Part shown: positions 19,159 to 29,016 of the stretch, piece after piece
Numbering within the stretch: position 1 is the stretch's first letter
Layout of the letters: each line of letters begins with the position of its first letter
Assembly (NCBI GenBank): GCA_043803945.1
Contig: JAZDJN010000021.1
Location: 1-63,259, forward strand
Direction: 5' to 3'
DNA: 63,259 bases
DNA from: a bacterium
GTDB lineage: Bacteria > Bacteroidota > Ignavibacteria > UBA10030
Program-made: the position numbers and the translations under genes
Notes under the pieces: model-generated
Told to the model about the DNA's origin: nothing
Databases searched by the model: none
The model's input: the letters and a program-made list of their open reading frames with translations, nothing else

Positions 19159-20487
19159 ATGCACTCACCGTTACTCGAGGAACTCGAATACAATCGCCGC
19201 TCGTTTCTCGCCATGGTCGGCAAAGGAGTAGGCCTGGCAACTCTCGCATCGGCATCCGTTGGAACACTCTTTAACGATCTCAAAGCCTCCGTGAAAAAAA
19301 TCGAGCACCTGCCGGCAGATGCAACGGCTTCCGATGAAGATTTTTGGGTGGACATTCAGAAGTCCTTCTCTGTATCGCGAAGTATCATCAATTTAAACAA
19401 CGGCGGGGTCAGCCCCTCACCACGATTGGTAACGGAAGCATTTGTTCGGTACACCTGGCAACAGGAAGATGTCACGGCTTACACCATGTGGCAAATTCTT
19501 GAACCACAGTCGGAGACAGTCCGGACCGGCCTTGCTGAAATCTTTGGCTGTGATCGCGAAGAGATTGCCATTACAAGGAACGCCTCTGAATCCCTTGAGA
19601 TTTGTCTTATGGGATTAAATCTCAAATCCGGAGATGAGATTCTCACGACTACACAAGATTATCCGCGAATGCTCACGACATTACGACAGCGTGAGTTACG
19701 CGAGGGAATCAGCCTCAAGATGATCAAGATCCCGATCGCTCCGAAACATCTTGAAGAAATTACGAAAGAGTTCGATAAAGCCATTACTCCCCGCACCAAG
19801 GTGATTCTTCTCTCTCACGTCATCAATTTGACGGGACAGGTAATTCCAGTGAAAGAGATCTGCGACCTGGCAAAACCAAAAGGGATTGAAGTAATCGTCG
19901 ATGGGGCGCATTCATTTGCGCACTTTGACTTCAAACAAAAAGATATCAACTGCGACTATTATGGAACAAGTTTGCACAAATGGTTGTTCGCCCCTAAAGG
20001 GACGGGTCTCCTTTTTGTCAAGAAAGAAAAAATTGAACAACTATGGCCGTTAATGGCGGCCGAGAAAAAGCAGGCCAACGATATCCGTAAATTTGAGGAG
20101 ATTGGTACACATCCCGCTGCACCGAGGTTAGCTATTGGCGAAGCGATTCTATTCCATAATGCCATCGGTGCAAAACGGAAAGAGGAACGGCTGCGCTACC
20201 TTTCACGATATTGGATGAACAAGTTGAAGGATCTTTCGAATGTCCGGTTCAATACCTCATGGGAGCCGAATCAGTCCTGCGGCATCGCGAATATCGAAAT
20301 CGTCGGGGTTGATCCGGGTAAATTGGCGGCATACCTGATGGACAAGCACAAGATTTTTACAGTGCCAATCATCCACGATGAATTTAAAGGACTCCGGATT
20401 ACACCGAGTGTTTACACTGCTCTCTATGAACTGGACCGATTCTGCGGTGTGATGGAGACGGTGTCAAAGAAGGGGCTCCCCGGTTAA
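19159..20487 (+). CDS. Class V PLP-dependent aminotransferase (isopenicillin-N-epimerase/CefD-like) with Tat signal
   Basis: NRRSFL twin-arginine motif plus h-region; NLNNGG, VDGAH, TSLHKW (PLP Lys). Confidence 0.9.
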   Translation: MHSPLLEELEYNRRSFLAMVGKGVGLATLASASVGTLFNDLKASVKKIEHLPADATASDEDFWVDIQKSFSVSRSIINLNNGGVSPSPRLVTEAFVRYTWQQEDVTAYTMWQILEPQSETVRTGLAEIFGCDREEIAITRNASESLEICLMGLNLKSGDEILTTTQDYPRMLTTLRQRELREGISLKMIKIPIAPKHLEEITKEFDKAITPRTKVILLSHVINLTGQVIPVKEICDLAKPKGIEVIVDGAHSFAHFDFKQKDINCDYYGTSLHKWLFAPKGTGLLFVKKEKIEQLWPLMAAEKKQANDIRKFEEIGTHPAAPRLAIGEAILFHNAIGAKRKEERLRYLSRYWMNKLKDLSNVRFNTSWEPNQSCGIANIEIVGVDPGKLAAYLMDKHKIFTVPIIHDEFKGLRITPSVYTALYELDRFCGVMETVSKKGLPG

Positions 20488-20579
20488 CAGGTCTCATCGG
20501 GCAGAATCTCTCAGCACGATTCTGAGCAAGAGTTTATCACAATTCACAAATCATCATCAATTCATTAGGAGTAGGAACA

Positions 20580-21437
20580 ATGAAAAAATATTCTATTCTC
20601 CTTGCAGTCATCCTGCTGGCAACGCTTATCGTGGCCCAGGATGTTTCTGCACAAATTCCATATTCTCTGCTCTTACCGAGTGTTCGCGCACCGCGGCTGA
20701 GTCAGGGAGCCAAGGTTTCACAGGTGATCGGTTTGAGCGAAGTCACAATTTTCTATCATCGTCCTGGAGTCAAAGGACGAAAAATCTGGGGCGATGTGGT
20801 AAAGTATAATGAGCCGTGGCGTGTTGGAGCGAATGAGCCGACACTGATCCAGTTCTCCGATGAAGTAACTATTGAGGGCAAGAAGCTGCCGGCAGGAACA
20901 TACCGGTTGCTGATGTTTCCCGGTGAGAAGGAATGGTCTGTGGTCTTAAATGCTGAGGTAAAAAGTTGGGGAACGGTGTACGATGCAAAGTATGATACTC
21001 TTCGATTTGCAGTGAAACCCGAATCCGGGCCAAACGAAGAGTGGCTCTCCCTGAGCTTTGAGGATCTCACTCCCGCCTCTGCAAAAATCGTTATGGCCTG
21101 GGAGAAGGTTCGAATCGCATTCAAGATCGAGTTTAATCTTCTGGCAAAGCTTCAGGCTTCTGTTGGAACAGCGGGTGTTTTAAACCAGGCCGCGCGCTTC
21201 GCCGTGGATAACAAACTGTATTACAAAGAGGCGATGGGCTGGGTTGACCGCTCAATCGCCATCGATAAGAATGCCGGGAACCTTCGCACCAAAGCGGAGT
21301 TACTCGCCCTCGACGGAAAAAACGCCGAAGCTCTGGCATCAGCGGAAGAAGCGTTATCGCTGGCAAAAGCACGCAATCAACAGACGATGCTGCCCGTTCT
21401 GGAAAAGTTGATTACTGATCTCAAAGCAAAGAAGTAA
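20580..21437 (+). CDS. DUF2911 domain protein with C-terminal TPR-like helices
   Basis: SQVIGLSEVTIFYHRPGVKGRKIWG, WRVGANEPT; signal peptide; AGGAGTAGG RBS. Confidence 0.9.
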   Translation: MKKYSILLAVILLATLIVAQDVSAQIPYSLLLPSVRAPRLSQGAKVSQVIGLSEVTIFYHRPGVKGRKIWGDVVKYNEPWRVGANEPTLIQFSDEVTIEGKKLPAGTYRLLMFPGEKEWSVVLNAEVKSWGTVYDAKYDTLRFAVKPESGPNEEWLSLSFEDLTPASAKIVMAWEKVRIAFKIEFNLLAKLQASVGTAGVLNQAARFAVDNKLYYKEAMGWVDRSIAIDKNAGNLRTKAELLALDGKNAEALASAEEALSLAKARNQQTMLPVLEKLITDLKAKK

Positions 21438-21446
21438 TGTTCTTTT

Positions 21447-21591
21447 GGGGACTGACCAAAAAGTATTTTCTAGTGCGAAGGCGTCCTCGCCAGACAGCAT
21501 GGCGGGCTGGCTCGCCGGGCATAATAATTTCGCTATTTCCCTCGGCGAGACGCCTTCGGTTTAGTATTATATTTTCTTTTTAGTCAGCCCC
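21447..21591. mobile_element. MITE-like element with GRGGCTGACYAAAAAG-type ends
   Basis: Terminal IRs GGGGACTGACCAAAAAG / CTTTTTAGTCAGCCCC; internal GAAGGCGT..CTCGCC / GGCGAGACGCCTTC palindrome; same ends as 41728-41866. Confidence 0.65.
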
Positions 21592-21642
21592 ATGTTTCTC
21601 AATGTCAATACTAACTTCCATCAAGCTCATAAGGAGACTTGC

Positions 21643-22482
21643 ATGTCGTGGGATGGTATTCTCTTTGTCACAGGTGCCACAGTGCTCCTGCTTATTTTCG
21701 CCCGCACCATCAATCAACTCATTTTCCACGTCTCACTCACCGACGTGCTCATCAAACGTGATAATGCAGCGATGGGTATCCAGCTCTCCGGGTACCTCTT
21801 CGGTGTGATGATCATTATTGCCACCGTCATCAATGGACCTATTCACGGAGATTTTTTAACTGAAGTGCTTTGGGTCGCGGGATTTGGAATCGCCGGCAAC
21901 ATCTTCCTTGCGGTGGTTGCCATTGGGGGACTGCGCCTTTTTCTCATGAAGGATTGCAGAAAGTATATCATCGAGGGAAATACAGCCGCCGGAATTGCCG
22001 CTGCAGGAAGCTTTGTTGCTACTTCACTTGTTCTTACTGGAACAATGATTGGAGAAGGTACGATCGTCTCAGCAATCGTCTTCTTTCTTCTCGGACAGTG
22101 TTCACTCCTGTTCATCACCTACATCTTTCGCCTCCTGACGACGTACGATGATTCCATAGAAATTCGCGATGGGAACATCGCTGCGGCGGTCAGCTACATC
22201 GGATTGATGATTGCCATCGGTATCATTGTTCGTCATGCCTTAATCGGAGACCTGGTCGATTATAAAACCAGCATCATCGCCTTTGGGAATGCCCTGATCG
22301 TTGTCATCATCCTCTATCCCGTCCGGCAATGGCTCGTGCAGGGGATAGTACTTGGGGGTGGTTTTAAGCTGTACGGCGGCAGGCTCGATACAGAAATCCA
22401 GCATGACCGCAATATCAGTGCCGGCGTGCTTGAGGCATCCATCTATATTGCCACGGCACTGCTCGCAACGAATATGCTTTGA
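21643..22482 (+). CDS. DUF350-family membrane protein (tandem domains)
   Basis: Four repeats of the D/G-N.A.G/A motif (RDNAAMGI, EGNTAAGI, DGNIAAAV, DRNISAGV); AAGGAG RBS before 21643. Confidence 0.85.
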   Translation: MSWDGILFVTGATVLLLIFARTINQLIFHVSLTDVLIKRDNAAMGIQLSGYLFGVMIIIATVINGPIHGDFLTEVLWVAGFGIAGNIFLAVVAIGGLRLFLMKDCRKYIIEGNTAAGIAAAGSFVATSLVLTGTMIGEGTIVSAIVFFLLGQCSLLFITYIFRLLTTYDDSIEIRDGNIAAAVSYIGLMIAIGIIVRHALIGDLVDYKTSIIAFGNALIVVIILYPVRQWLVQGIVLGGGFKLYGGRLDTEIQHDRNISAGVLEASIYIATALLATNML

Positions 22483-22510
22483 TAAGAACAGATACTCCCC
22501 TGTGACAAAA

Positions 22511-23806
22511 ATGGATGGGAACAATCACATAGACGTGAACTCAGATCTTCAATCACCCTTCTCCACATATGGAGAGTTCGCACATCTCTTGTATGCCACA
22601 GGTTCCATAACCGATCCATGGCTTGATGGAAACGAACGATTCCGAACTTCTCCGATGCTGTTGTCTGGAAATGAATATTCTAGCTTTTGCACTGCTGCCG
22701 AATCAATAGGAACCCTATACGAAGAACTTTGCAGACTGACACTGGAACACCCAGAGTGGCTCGACGATTTCTATCATCTCACGCCATACGAGAAGTACCT
22801 GTGGCATTCCTCCGAAGGACGATGGCATGGAATTGCCCGGGTGGATGTCTTTCGCCTTGCCGACGGATCGTTGAAGATTGCCGAGATGAATTCCGATACT
22901 CCCAGCGGAGAGGCGGAGGCGGTTGTACTGAATCACCTCCTTCACCACTGCTCACCAGGCACAATCGATCCCAATAATGGATTTGCCGAAAAGTTCTATT
23001 CGATGCTGATTGCCTCGCACCGAGCAATCAAGAATGGCCCGGCGTGCCCTGCCATAGGCATCCTCTACCCGACGGAAATGCCTGAAGACCTCTCAATGAT
23101 TGCACTTTATCGAGCCTGGCTGGAAGAACGGGGCTGCAAGGTAGTGCTTGGCTCGCCGTTCAATCTCCAACAGTCTGCCAATGGCCGTGTGAAACTTTTT
23201 GATATAGAACTCGACATTCTCATCCGTCATTACAAAACCGATTGGTGGGCTGAACGGACACCTGTCTGGCGCGATGAACCTCCTCTTCCCGACGCTGATC
23301 CATTATCGAAACAACTGCGCATGCTCTTCGAAGCCGAACTTGCAGGGCATTTGACTGTCGTTAATCCTTTCGGGGCAGTGCTCACCCAGAATAAACTCAC
23401 GCTGGCGTTCTTCTGGCAACACATGGAATTATTCTCACTGCAATCTCAGCAAACGATTCGCTCACTCATACCGGAATCAATCCGGCTCACTGACTCTCCG
23501 ATCGGAACGCTGCCAAAAGATGATTGGGTTTTGAAATCCGATTACGGCTGCGAGGGAGATGAGGTGATCATCGGCAAGGATGTTCCTGAGACAATCTGGG
23601 AAGAGTCGTGCATGAGCGCGCTGCCCGATCGCTGGATTGTGCAGCGCCGGTTCGAAGCTGCACAGACCGCAGATGAATACATCCCAAACTTCGGTGTATT
23701 TCTCATAGCAGGCCGGGCAGCCGGTATCTATACCCGGTTATCAAAATCGGCGACAGATCACACTGCGATCGCGCTGCCAACATATATTCAACAAGAGAAC
23801 AGATAA
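22511..23806 (+). CDS. Glutathionylspermidine synthase-like ATP-grasp ligase
   Basis: ARVD, EMNSDTPSG, QNKLTLA, VLKSDYGCEGDEV, WIVQRRF; start uncertain (22511 or GTG 22535). Confidence 0.85.
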   Translation: MDGNNHIDVNSDLQSPFSTYGEFAHLLYATGSITDPWLDGNERFRTSPMLLSGNEYSSFCTAAESIGTLYEELCRLTLEHPEWLDDFYHLTPYEKYLWHSSEGRWHGIARVDVFRLADGSLKIAEMNSDTPSGEAEAVVLNHLLHHCSPGTIDPNNGFAEKFYSMLIASHRAIKNGPACPAIGILYPTEMPEDLSMIALYRAWLEERGCKVVLGSPFNLQQSANGRVKLFDIELDILIRHYKTDWWAERTPVWRDEPPLPDADPLSKQLRMLFEAELAGHLTVVNPFGAVLTQNKLTLAFFWQHMELFSLQSQQTIRSLIPESIRLTDSPIGTLPKDDWVLKSDYGCEGDEVIIGKDVPETIWEESCMSALPDRWIVQRRFEAAQTADEYIPNFGVFLIAGRAAGIYTRLSKSATDHTAIALPTYIQQENR

Positions 23807-25104
23807 TGGAATCCTACTCTACCCCCTGGTGGCTCGATCAACTTAATCGAAGGAAAGCGACACAGCGAATTCTGAAAATTGGAACCGTTGGTACTCTCAT
23901 CGCCATCGGGGGGACCAAACTTGCATATGACGCCCTCGAGGACGAAGATGAGCTGGCAACAGATTCATTAAAGCTCCAGCAAGCCCAAGGATGGAATGTC
24001 GGATCGACAGCGCGGACACTCCTCTTTAGTGACCAGACCAACAATGACAGCATGGGATCCGCGGATTGGAAATCCTACCTCGATTTCAACCAGTTGATAC
24101 GAGCATACGAACCGCGTCAGACTGCATGGAAACCGTTCTTCGTACCAACTCTGATTCAATCGCTTTTTCAACCGTCACTGCGCCAGGCACTGCTCCCAAT
24201 CAATTCCTATGGTATGAAGCTCGCTTACGCCCGCGGTCTAGGTATGCGTGAAATAATCAACAGTAATCCTCTCTTCACCAACACTATGTTGATGGTGGAT
24301 TTACCCGGGCCTGAATCTATCGCCTTCACGGCAGCCATCGCCGATCTCATCGATCCAATCCTAACGTTCGACAACTGGCCGCATCCGCTCGGCGTTGTTC
24401 CGTCACACCAGCTTCTTTCAGCGATGCTGTATTATGCGAGAGAAGTAATGCAGAAATCGCTTTCACGGCCTGCAATAGCGCCCGCGATGCTGGTGCTCGA
24501 CCGGAATAGACTCGCATCATACTCCGATGCAGACAACCAGTTCGATAACCGATATGTGGCCAAAGTACCGACAGCCGAATCACTGACGAAAAACGGAATC
24601 AAGAAGCTCCTCTATGTCTTACCGGAAAATGCAGCGGGAAAAGAATTGGATGATCTCAATGAAGATTTTGTTTCTTACAAAGAAAAGAATCTTGCCGTCG
24701 ATATTCTGCCGATGAATCACTTTACACAAGACCCAGGGGCACCACCAGACTCTTCAAATACGTATCTGCTCCGGCCGCCCATTCAACCGCATCACGTGTA
24801 TTATTACGGCGGGCGTTCCTATGGCCACTGGTGGTTCTATTCGAATTATCCCCATTACCGAATCGGCGATCAGTATCGCACCATTAACGAACCGTTTCCT
24901 TTCTCACGGCCATTTTTCCAGCCCAATCGGCGATCGACATTATTTACCCGATCCTTTACCCGGGGATCGGAAATTGCAAAGACCAGACCTTCGAATTTTG
25001 GTCAGGTAACGACTCGTGTTTCCCGTTCTTCACGATCCATCACCGGTATTCGATCCGGACGTTCAGGATCGTACGGCAGAAGTCGTTCGTTCTTCTCATC
25101 GTAA
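23806..25104 (+). CDS. Hypothetical exported/anchored protein with Arg/Ser/Gly-rich C-terminal tail
   Basis: NRRKA followed by a hydrophobic segment; tail RVSRSSRSITGIRSGRSGSYGRSRSFFSS; TAATG coupling to the ligase gene. Confidence 0.8.
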   Translation: MESYSTPWWLDQLNRRKATQRILKIGTVGTLIAIGGTKLAYDALEDEDELATDSLKLQQAQGWNVGSTARTLLFSDQTNNDSMGSADWKSYLDFNQLIRAYEPRQTAWKPFFVPTLIQSLFQPSLRQALLPINSYGMKLAYARGLGMREIINSNPLFTNTMLMVDLPGPESIAFTAAIADLIDPILTFDNWPHPLGVVPSHQLLSAMLYYAREVMQKSLSRPAIAPAMLVLDRNRLASYSDADNQFDNRYVAKVPTAESLTKNGIKKLLYVLPENAAGKELDDLNEDFVSYKEKNLAVDILPMNHFTQDPGAPPDSSNTYLLRPPIQPHHVYYYGGRSYGHWWFYSNYPHYRIGDQYRTINEPFPFSRPFFQPNRRSTLFTRSFTRGSEIAKTRPSNFGQVTTRVSRSSRSITGIRSGRSGSYGRSRSFFSS

Positions 25105-25137
25105 GATTAACATTCCCAGCAAAGGAACAGTGCAGCT

Positions 25138-25776
25138 ATGGACAGACGCGGATTCATTTCATTCTTTAACAAATTCTTTCGCAGCGGCCGAGGAGAATCC
25201 TCAACAGTCTTTTTTGGATTGCAGGTTGTCATCAGCTATTCTCCCAACCGCGATATTCGCCCGGGCTTTTACAAGATCATCACTGACTACACAAAAAGTG
25301 AAGGAAAAAGCCAGAAAAAGTTGTTCTACCAGCAACTACGCGAACAGCTCTTACGATTGGTCCCGGACATCGCCTACGGATATTGGGATTTCATTACCGA
25401 CGAGGAAGCCGCCCTTGCCGAGTACCAGCAATGGACTGGAGAAATTCAGGATGTTTTTATGATCGAATCGGAAGAGTCGACAACTCCAGAACCGGGTACT
25501 ACCGACAGTAAAGAGAAACAATACCTGGTCATCACACAGGTCTTTCTCTTAAAAACTCAATCCTCTCTTGAACCGTTCTTCACGAAAATTGAAGCGATCC
25601 CTTCTGAGCTTTACTTTGGACGATCGACATTCAGTAAGCTGCTTGGTGCAGTTGGACAGATTGACTTCTCCGCGTGCACACAGGAAGCACTCTATCTGAT
25701 GCCGCCCGGTAAAAAAGGTGGATATACACAAGCCGAAATCGAAGGTGAGGGGTGGGAGTATTTAAGGAAAGTCTGA
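25138..25776 (+). CDS. DUF1517-like protein
   Basis: GLQVVI, QLLRL, QYLVIT, YLMP and WEYLRKV match the pattern of DUF1517 as I recall it. Confidence 0.55.
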   Translation: MDRRGFISFFNKFFRSGRGESSTVFFGLQVVISYSPNRDIRPGFYKIITDYTKSEGKSQKKLFYQQLREQLLRLVPDIAYGYWDFITDEEAALAEYQQWTGEIQDVFMIESEESTTPEPGTTDSKEKQYLVITQVFLLKTQSSLEPFFTKIEAIPSELYFGRSTFSKLLGAVGQIDFSACTQEALYLMPPGKKGGYTQAEIEGEGWEYLRKV

Positions 25777-25814
25777 GTGATGACGACACCCAACGCTCAG
25801 AAATAGCAGCCATT

Positions 25815-26357
25815 TCATCTATCACTCAGCAACCATTTTCTCGACAGCCGAAGATACTGCTTCTCCCATTCTGGAAATCCATAGAGAATAGCCGGTATTG
25901 CTCGTATTGGCTTGAATAATACTGTAAAGTCAATTTTCCCCGCGCCATTTCCTTTATACTCCTCTACAATTCCCCTCAGCGCTCCGTTCCAGGAAATTTC
26001 AAAGGAGATAGTGACTTCCAACGATTCAGGAAAATCAGGAAGCGCATTCCGGAAATAGCGCTTGAGGGAAAGCGTATCGCCATTCTTCTTCATAACAAAC
26101 AATCTTGCACTTTTATGCGGAATGCCGCGATACCGTTCTGGGTGTTTATAATAATAATTCACAGAATCCTTGTTCGGATTGACACCGGGATCCGGATCAT
26201 CACGAATTATCTTATTAATGATAACTCTCGACCCGCTCTTTACTGTATCCGGTTGTGCTGCCGACAACAGACATACGAGAAAAAGTGATAGCACCATATG
26301 TGAATCTCGGAAGATTATGCTTTTAATGCTGCATATTCTTGTCCCGGTTTCTATCAT
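25815..26357 (-). CDS. Hypothetical protein, probably exported (start may be 26297)
   Basis: 180-aa ORF with the signal-like stretch MVLSLFLVCLLSAAQP; no family recognised. Confidence 0.55.
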   Translation of the reverse strand: MIETGTRICSIKSIIFRDSHMVLSLFLVCLLSAAQPDTVKSGSRVIINKIIRDDPDPGVNPNKDSVNYYYKHPERYRGIPHKSARLFVMKKNGDTLSLKRYFRNALPDFPESLEVTISFEISWNGALRGIVEEYKGNGAGKIDFTVLFKPIRAIPAILYGFPEWEKQYLRLSRKWLLSDR

Positions 26358-26409
26358 CGAAGAACATTGGCCGAGAAAAAACGTGCAGCATAAAAAATCA
26401 TGAGTTACT

Positions 26410-26594
26410 AACTCACCTTACACAAAAAAGAAAAATCATCAATCAATCTGGATTCTTATTAGCAAATCCCAAACCACCCCTTATCCCCTCCTTGGCAAGC
26501 CTGCCTGCCGCAGGCAGGGAGGAGAAAAAGGGGAAGTCAAAAACAAGATTAATCGCTCCAATCATACAGATTCTTCTTCCTGCGTAACGTCAGT
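26410..26594. mobile_element. MITE family A, copy 1
   Basis: ACTCACCTTACACA...TGCGTAACGTCAGT ends; TACT direct repeats; interior similar to 41654-41936. Confidence 0.8.
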
Positions 26595-26710
26595 TACTTA
26601 CACTGAATGAATAATACGGATGGCTCGCGAGAAAGGCAATCCGAATTTTGAAACACTTTCACGTTGATAGAAAATATTCTTGCACTTAGAGCGGGAGTTG
26701 TTATCTTTAA

Positions 26711-26986
26711 GGCAAATGGGAAGCGAACAGGATAATCGAACTTCCCAAATCCAGAATCGAAGGTTCCGACAACCTTGAGCCCGGAATGGAGTTTGTCGCC
26801 GAGAGCAATGAAGGAAAGCATGTTGTCCGGGTTGCGAAGATCGAAGGCGAGATTGTTACCATCGATACCAACCACCCTCTTGCCGGCAAGACACTTCGTT
26901 TCGATGTATCGATCATCGATGTCCGTGAAGCTACCAAAGAGGAATTAGAACATGGCCACGTCCATGGCCCTGATGGACATCACTAA
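26711..26986 (+). pseudogene. slyD: N-terminally truncated SlyD-type FKBP PPIase
   Basis: The frame extends upstream of the ATG (GKWEANRIIELPKSRI..LEPGMEF) to a stop at 26708. IDTNHPLAGKTLRF and HGHVHGPDGHH are present; the N-terminal FKBP part is missing. Confidence 0.75.
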
Positions 26987-27041
26987 GAATTTTTGAATGT
27001 TGTTTCACCGCATGGAATGTGCAGGAATGATCGGCGGTTGA

Positions 27042-28739
27042 TTATCCTGGAACCGGTTTTTTTCTGAGGAGGATGTTGAGGAGCCATGCTCCGCCGACTA
27101 CGAGAATACATCCAACCACGTTATACCAGAGCCATGAGATCTGAGTAAAGAAAAAACAGTAGAGGACACACAACTCACCGATAAACGCTGCAATGAACGT
27201 TGCCGTCCCGCCAACCGATTTTACGTAGAATGCGATTAGAAAAATTCCCAGCATAGTCCCATAGAAGAGTGAACCGAGAACATTCACCGCTTCAATTAAC
27301 GATCCCAACCGTGTGGCGTACTGGGCAAAACCGATTGCATAGATACCCCAAAGAGCCATCGATATTCTTGAGACCAGGAGATAATGCTTCTCTCCTGCCT
27401 CCTTTTTAATAAGCCGCTTATAAATATCGACAACGGAAGTCGTGGCCAATGCACTCAACTCACCGGATGTGGAGGACATTGATGCAGCGAAGATACACGC
27501 AAAGAGCAGGCCCACCAAGCCAACCGGAAGATAGCGGAGCACAAAGGTGAGGAAAATATAATTGGTATCGGAGGGATCAATTGCCGGATTGTTCTGTTTG
27601 AGAACTGCAATCCCTTCGCTCTTGATCGCCCGCATCCCTGCTTCTGCATGTTGCAGTCTCAGTTTACTGGCTTCGAGTCGCTGCCAATCCCTGGACTCGA
27701 GTGCATTAAGGTAGGATTGAAGTTCACGCGATTTCTGCCCGAATGCTTGTGCATACCTCCCATCAATTTTTTTATACTCCTCCTGATACTTTCCAGACAT
27801 AACCTGCTGTTCTTCAACCGGATTGAAAAACAATGGCGGGCGTTCAAATTGAAATACGACAAAGACCATCACTCCCAGCAGGAGGATAAAGAATTGCATC
27901 GGTATTTTTGCTATCCCATTGAATAGGAGCCCCAAACGGCTCTGACGCACCGATTGCCCTGTGAGGTATCGCTGCACTTGCGATTGGTCAGTGCCAAAGT
28001 AAGCGAGTGCCACAAACATCCCTCCAATAATTCCCGACCAAAAGTTGTACCGATTTTCAAGATCAAAGGAGAAGTCGATGAGATTCAGTTTGTTCATTGA
28101 GCCGGCGATATGCATCGCCTCGTTAAAACCGACACCTGAAGGAAGGAGCATGAGCGCAGCGATAAATGCGATCACCATCCCACTCATAATGATCAGCATC
28201 TGCTGGAAGTCTGTCCAATTTACCGCTTTCACACCACCCATCGAAGTATAGACAATGATAATACCGCCGATGATTGTGGAAGTGACGCGAATGTCGATAC
28301 CCAGCATGACCGAGAGTACCAGTGACGGGGCATAAATCGTTATGCCGACAGCAAGCCCCCGCGAAACGAGAAAGATGATACTTGTCAGTATGCGCGTTTT
28401 AAGATCGAAGCGATGCTCAAGATATTCATACGCCGTATAGACACCGAGCTTATGAAATATCGGCACTGCGGTGATGGAGAGAATGACCATGGCAATCGGC
28501 AACCCAAAATAGAACTGGATAAACCTCATCCCATCGACGAAAGCCTGGCCTGGTGTTGAAGTAAATGTGATTGCACTTGCCTGTGTTGCCATGATGGAAA
28601 GTGCCACAGTGTACCACCTCATCTGCCGGTCAGCGAGAAGAAAACCCTTCAAATTCCGATTGCCCCGTCCTTTGTAGAGGCCATAAAGAACAATGAAGAG
28701 GAGTGTCGCAGCAAGGACGATCCAATCTAATGGCTTCAT
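27042..28739 (-). CDS. Sodium:solute symporter
   Basis: SIMATQASAITF, YTAYEYLEHRF, GTDQSQVQRYL, AASMSS. Confidence 0.95.
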   Translation of the reverse strand: MKPLDWIVLAATLLFIVLYGLYKGRGNRNLKGFLLADRQMRWYTVALSIMATQASAITFTSTPGQAFVDGMRFIQFYFGLPIAMVILSITAVPIFHKLGVYTAYEYLEHRFDLKTRILTSIIFLVSRGLAVGITIYAPSLVLSVMLGIDIRVTSTIIGGIIIVYTSMGGVKAVNWTDFQQMLIIMSGMVIAFIAALMLLPSGVGFNEAMHIAGSMNKLNLIDFSFDLENRYNFWSGIIGGMFVALAYFGTDQSQVQRYLTGQSVRQSRLGLLFNGIAKIPMQFFILLLGVMVFVVFQFERPPLFFNPVEEQQVMSGKYQEEYKKIDGRYAQAFGQKSRELQSYLNALESRDWQRLEASKLRLQHAEAGMRAIKSEGIAVLKQNNPAIDPSDTNYIFLTFVLRYLPVGLVGLLFACIFAASMSSTSGELSALATTSVVDIYKRLIKKEAGEKHYLLVSRISMALWGIYAIGFAQYATRLGSLIEAVNVLGSLFYGTMLGIFLIAFYVKSVGGTATFIAAFIGELCVLYCFFFTQISWLWYNVVGCILVVGGAWLLNILLRKKPVPG

Positions 28740-28894
28740 TCGAATAGCTTCGTCAAGAGAAAGAAGAGTAGGATAAGAACAACCAGTTCACCGAGCACGA
28801 TCGAGTAGAGCGTCTTCCATGAAAGGTGCCCAGCCTCAGAATCAGGATCTGGATTTTCGATACCTGGTTTATGATTGGAGATTTTAGAAATCAT
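28736..28894 (-). CDS. 52-aa single-TM protein translationally coupled to the symporter (not in the ORF track)
   Basis: MISKISNHKPGIENPDPDSEAGHLSWKTLYSIVLGELVVLILLFFLLTKLFE; ATGA overlap with the SSS start. Confidence 0.75.
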   Translation of the reverse strand: MISKISNHKPGIENPDPDSEAGHLSWKTLYSIVLGELVVLILLFFLLTKLFE

Positions 28895-29016
28895 TGTATG
28901 GATTTAATTCGATTCATAATAAAATTTTGGCGTCTTGGCGTTATTGGCGGTTGATATTCCTCCGTTAAAGATTTTGATCATCTTATTGGATAACTCAAGT
29001 GAGTCATTCAGATTCT

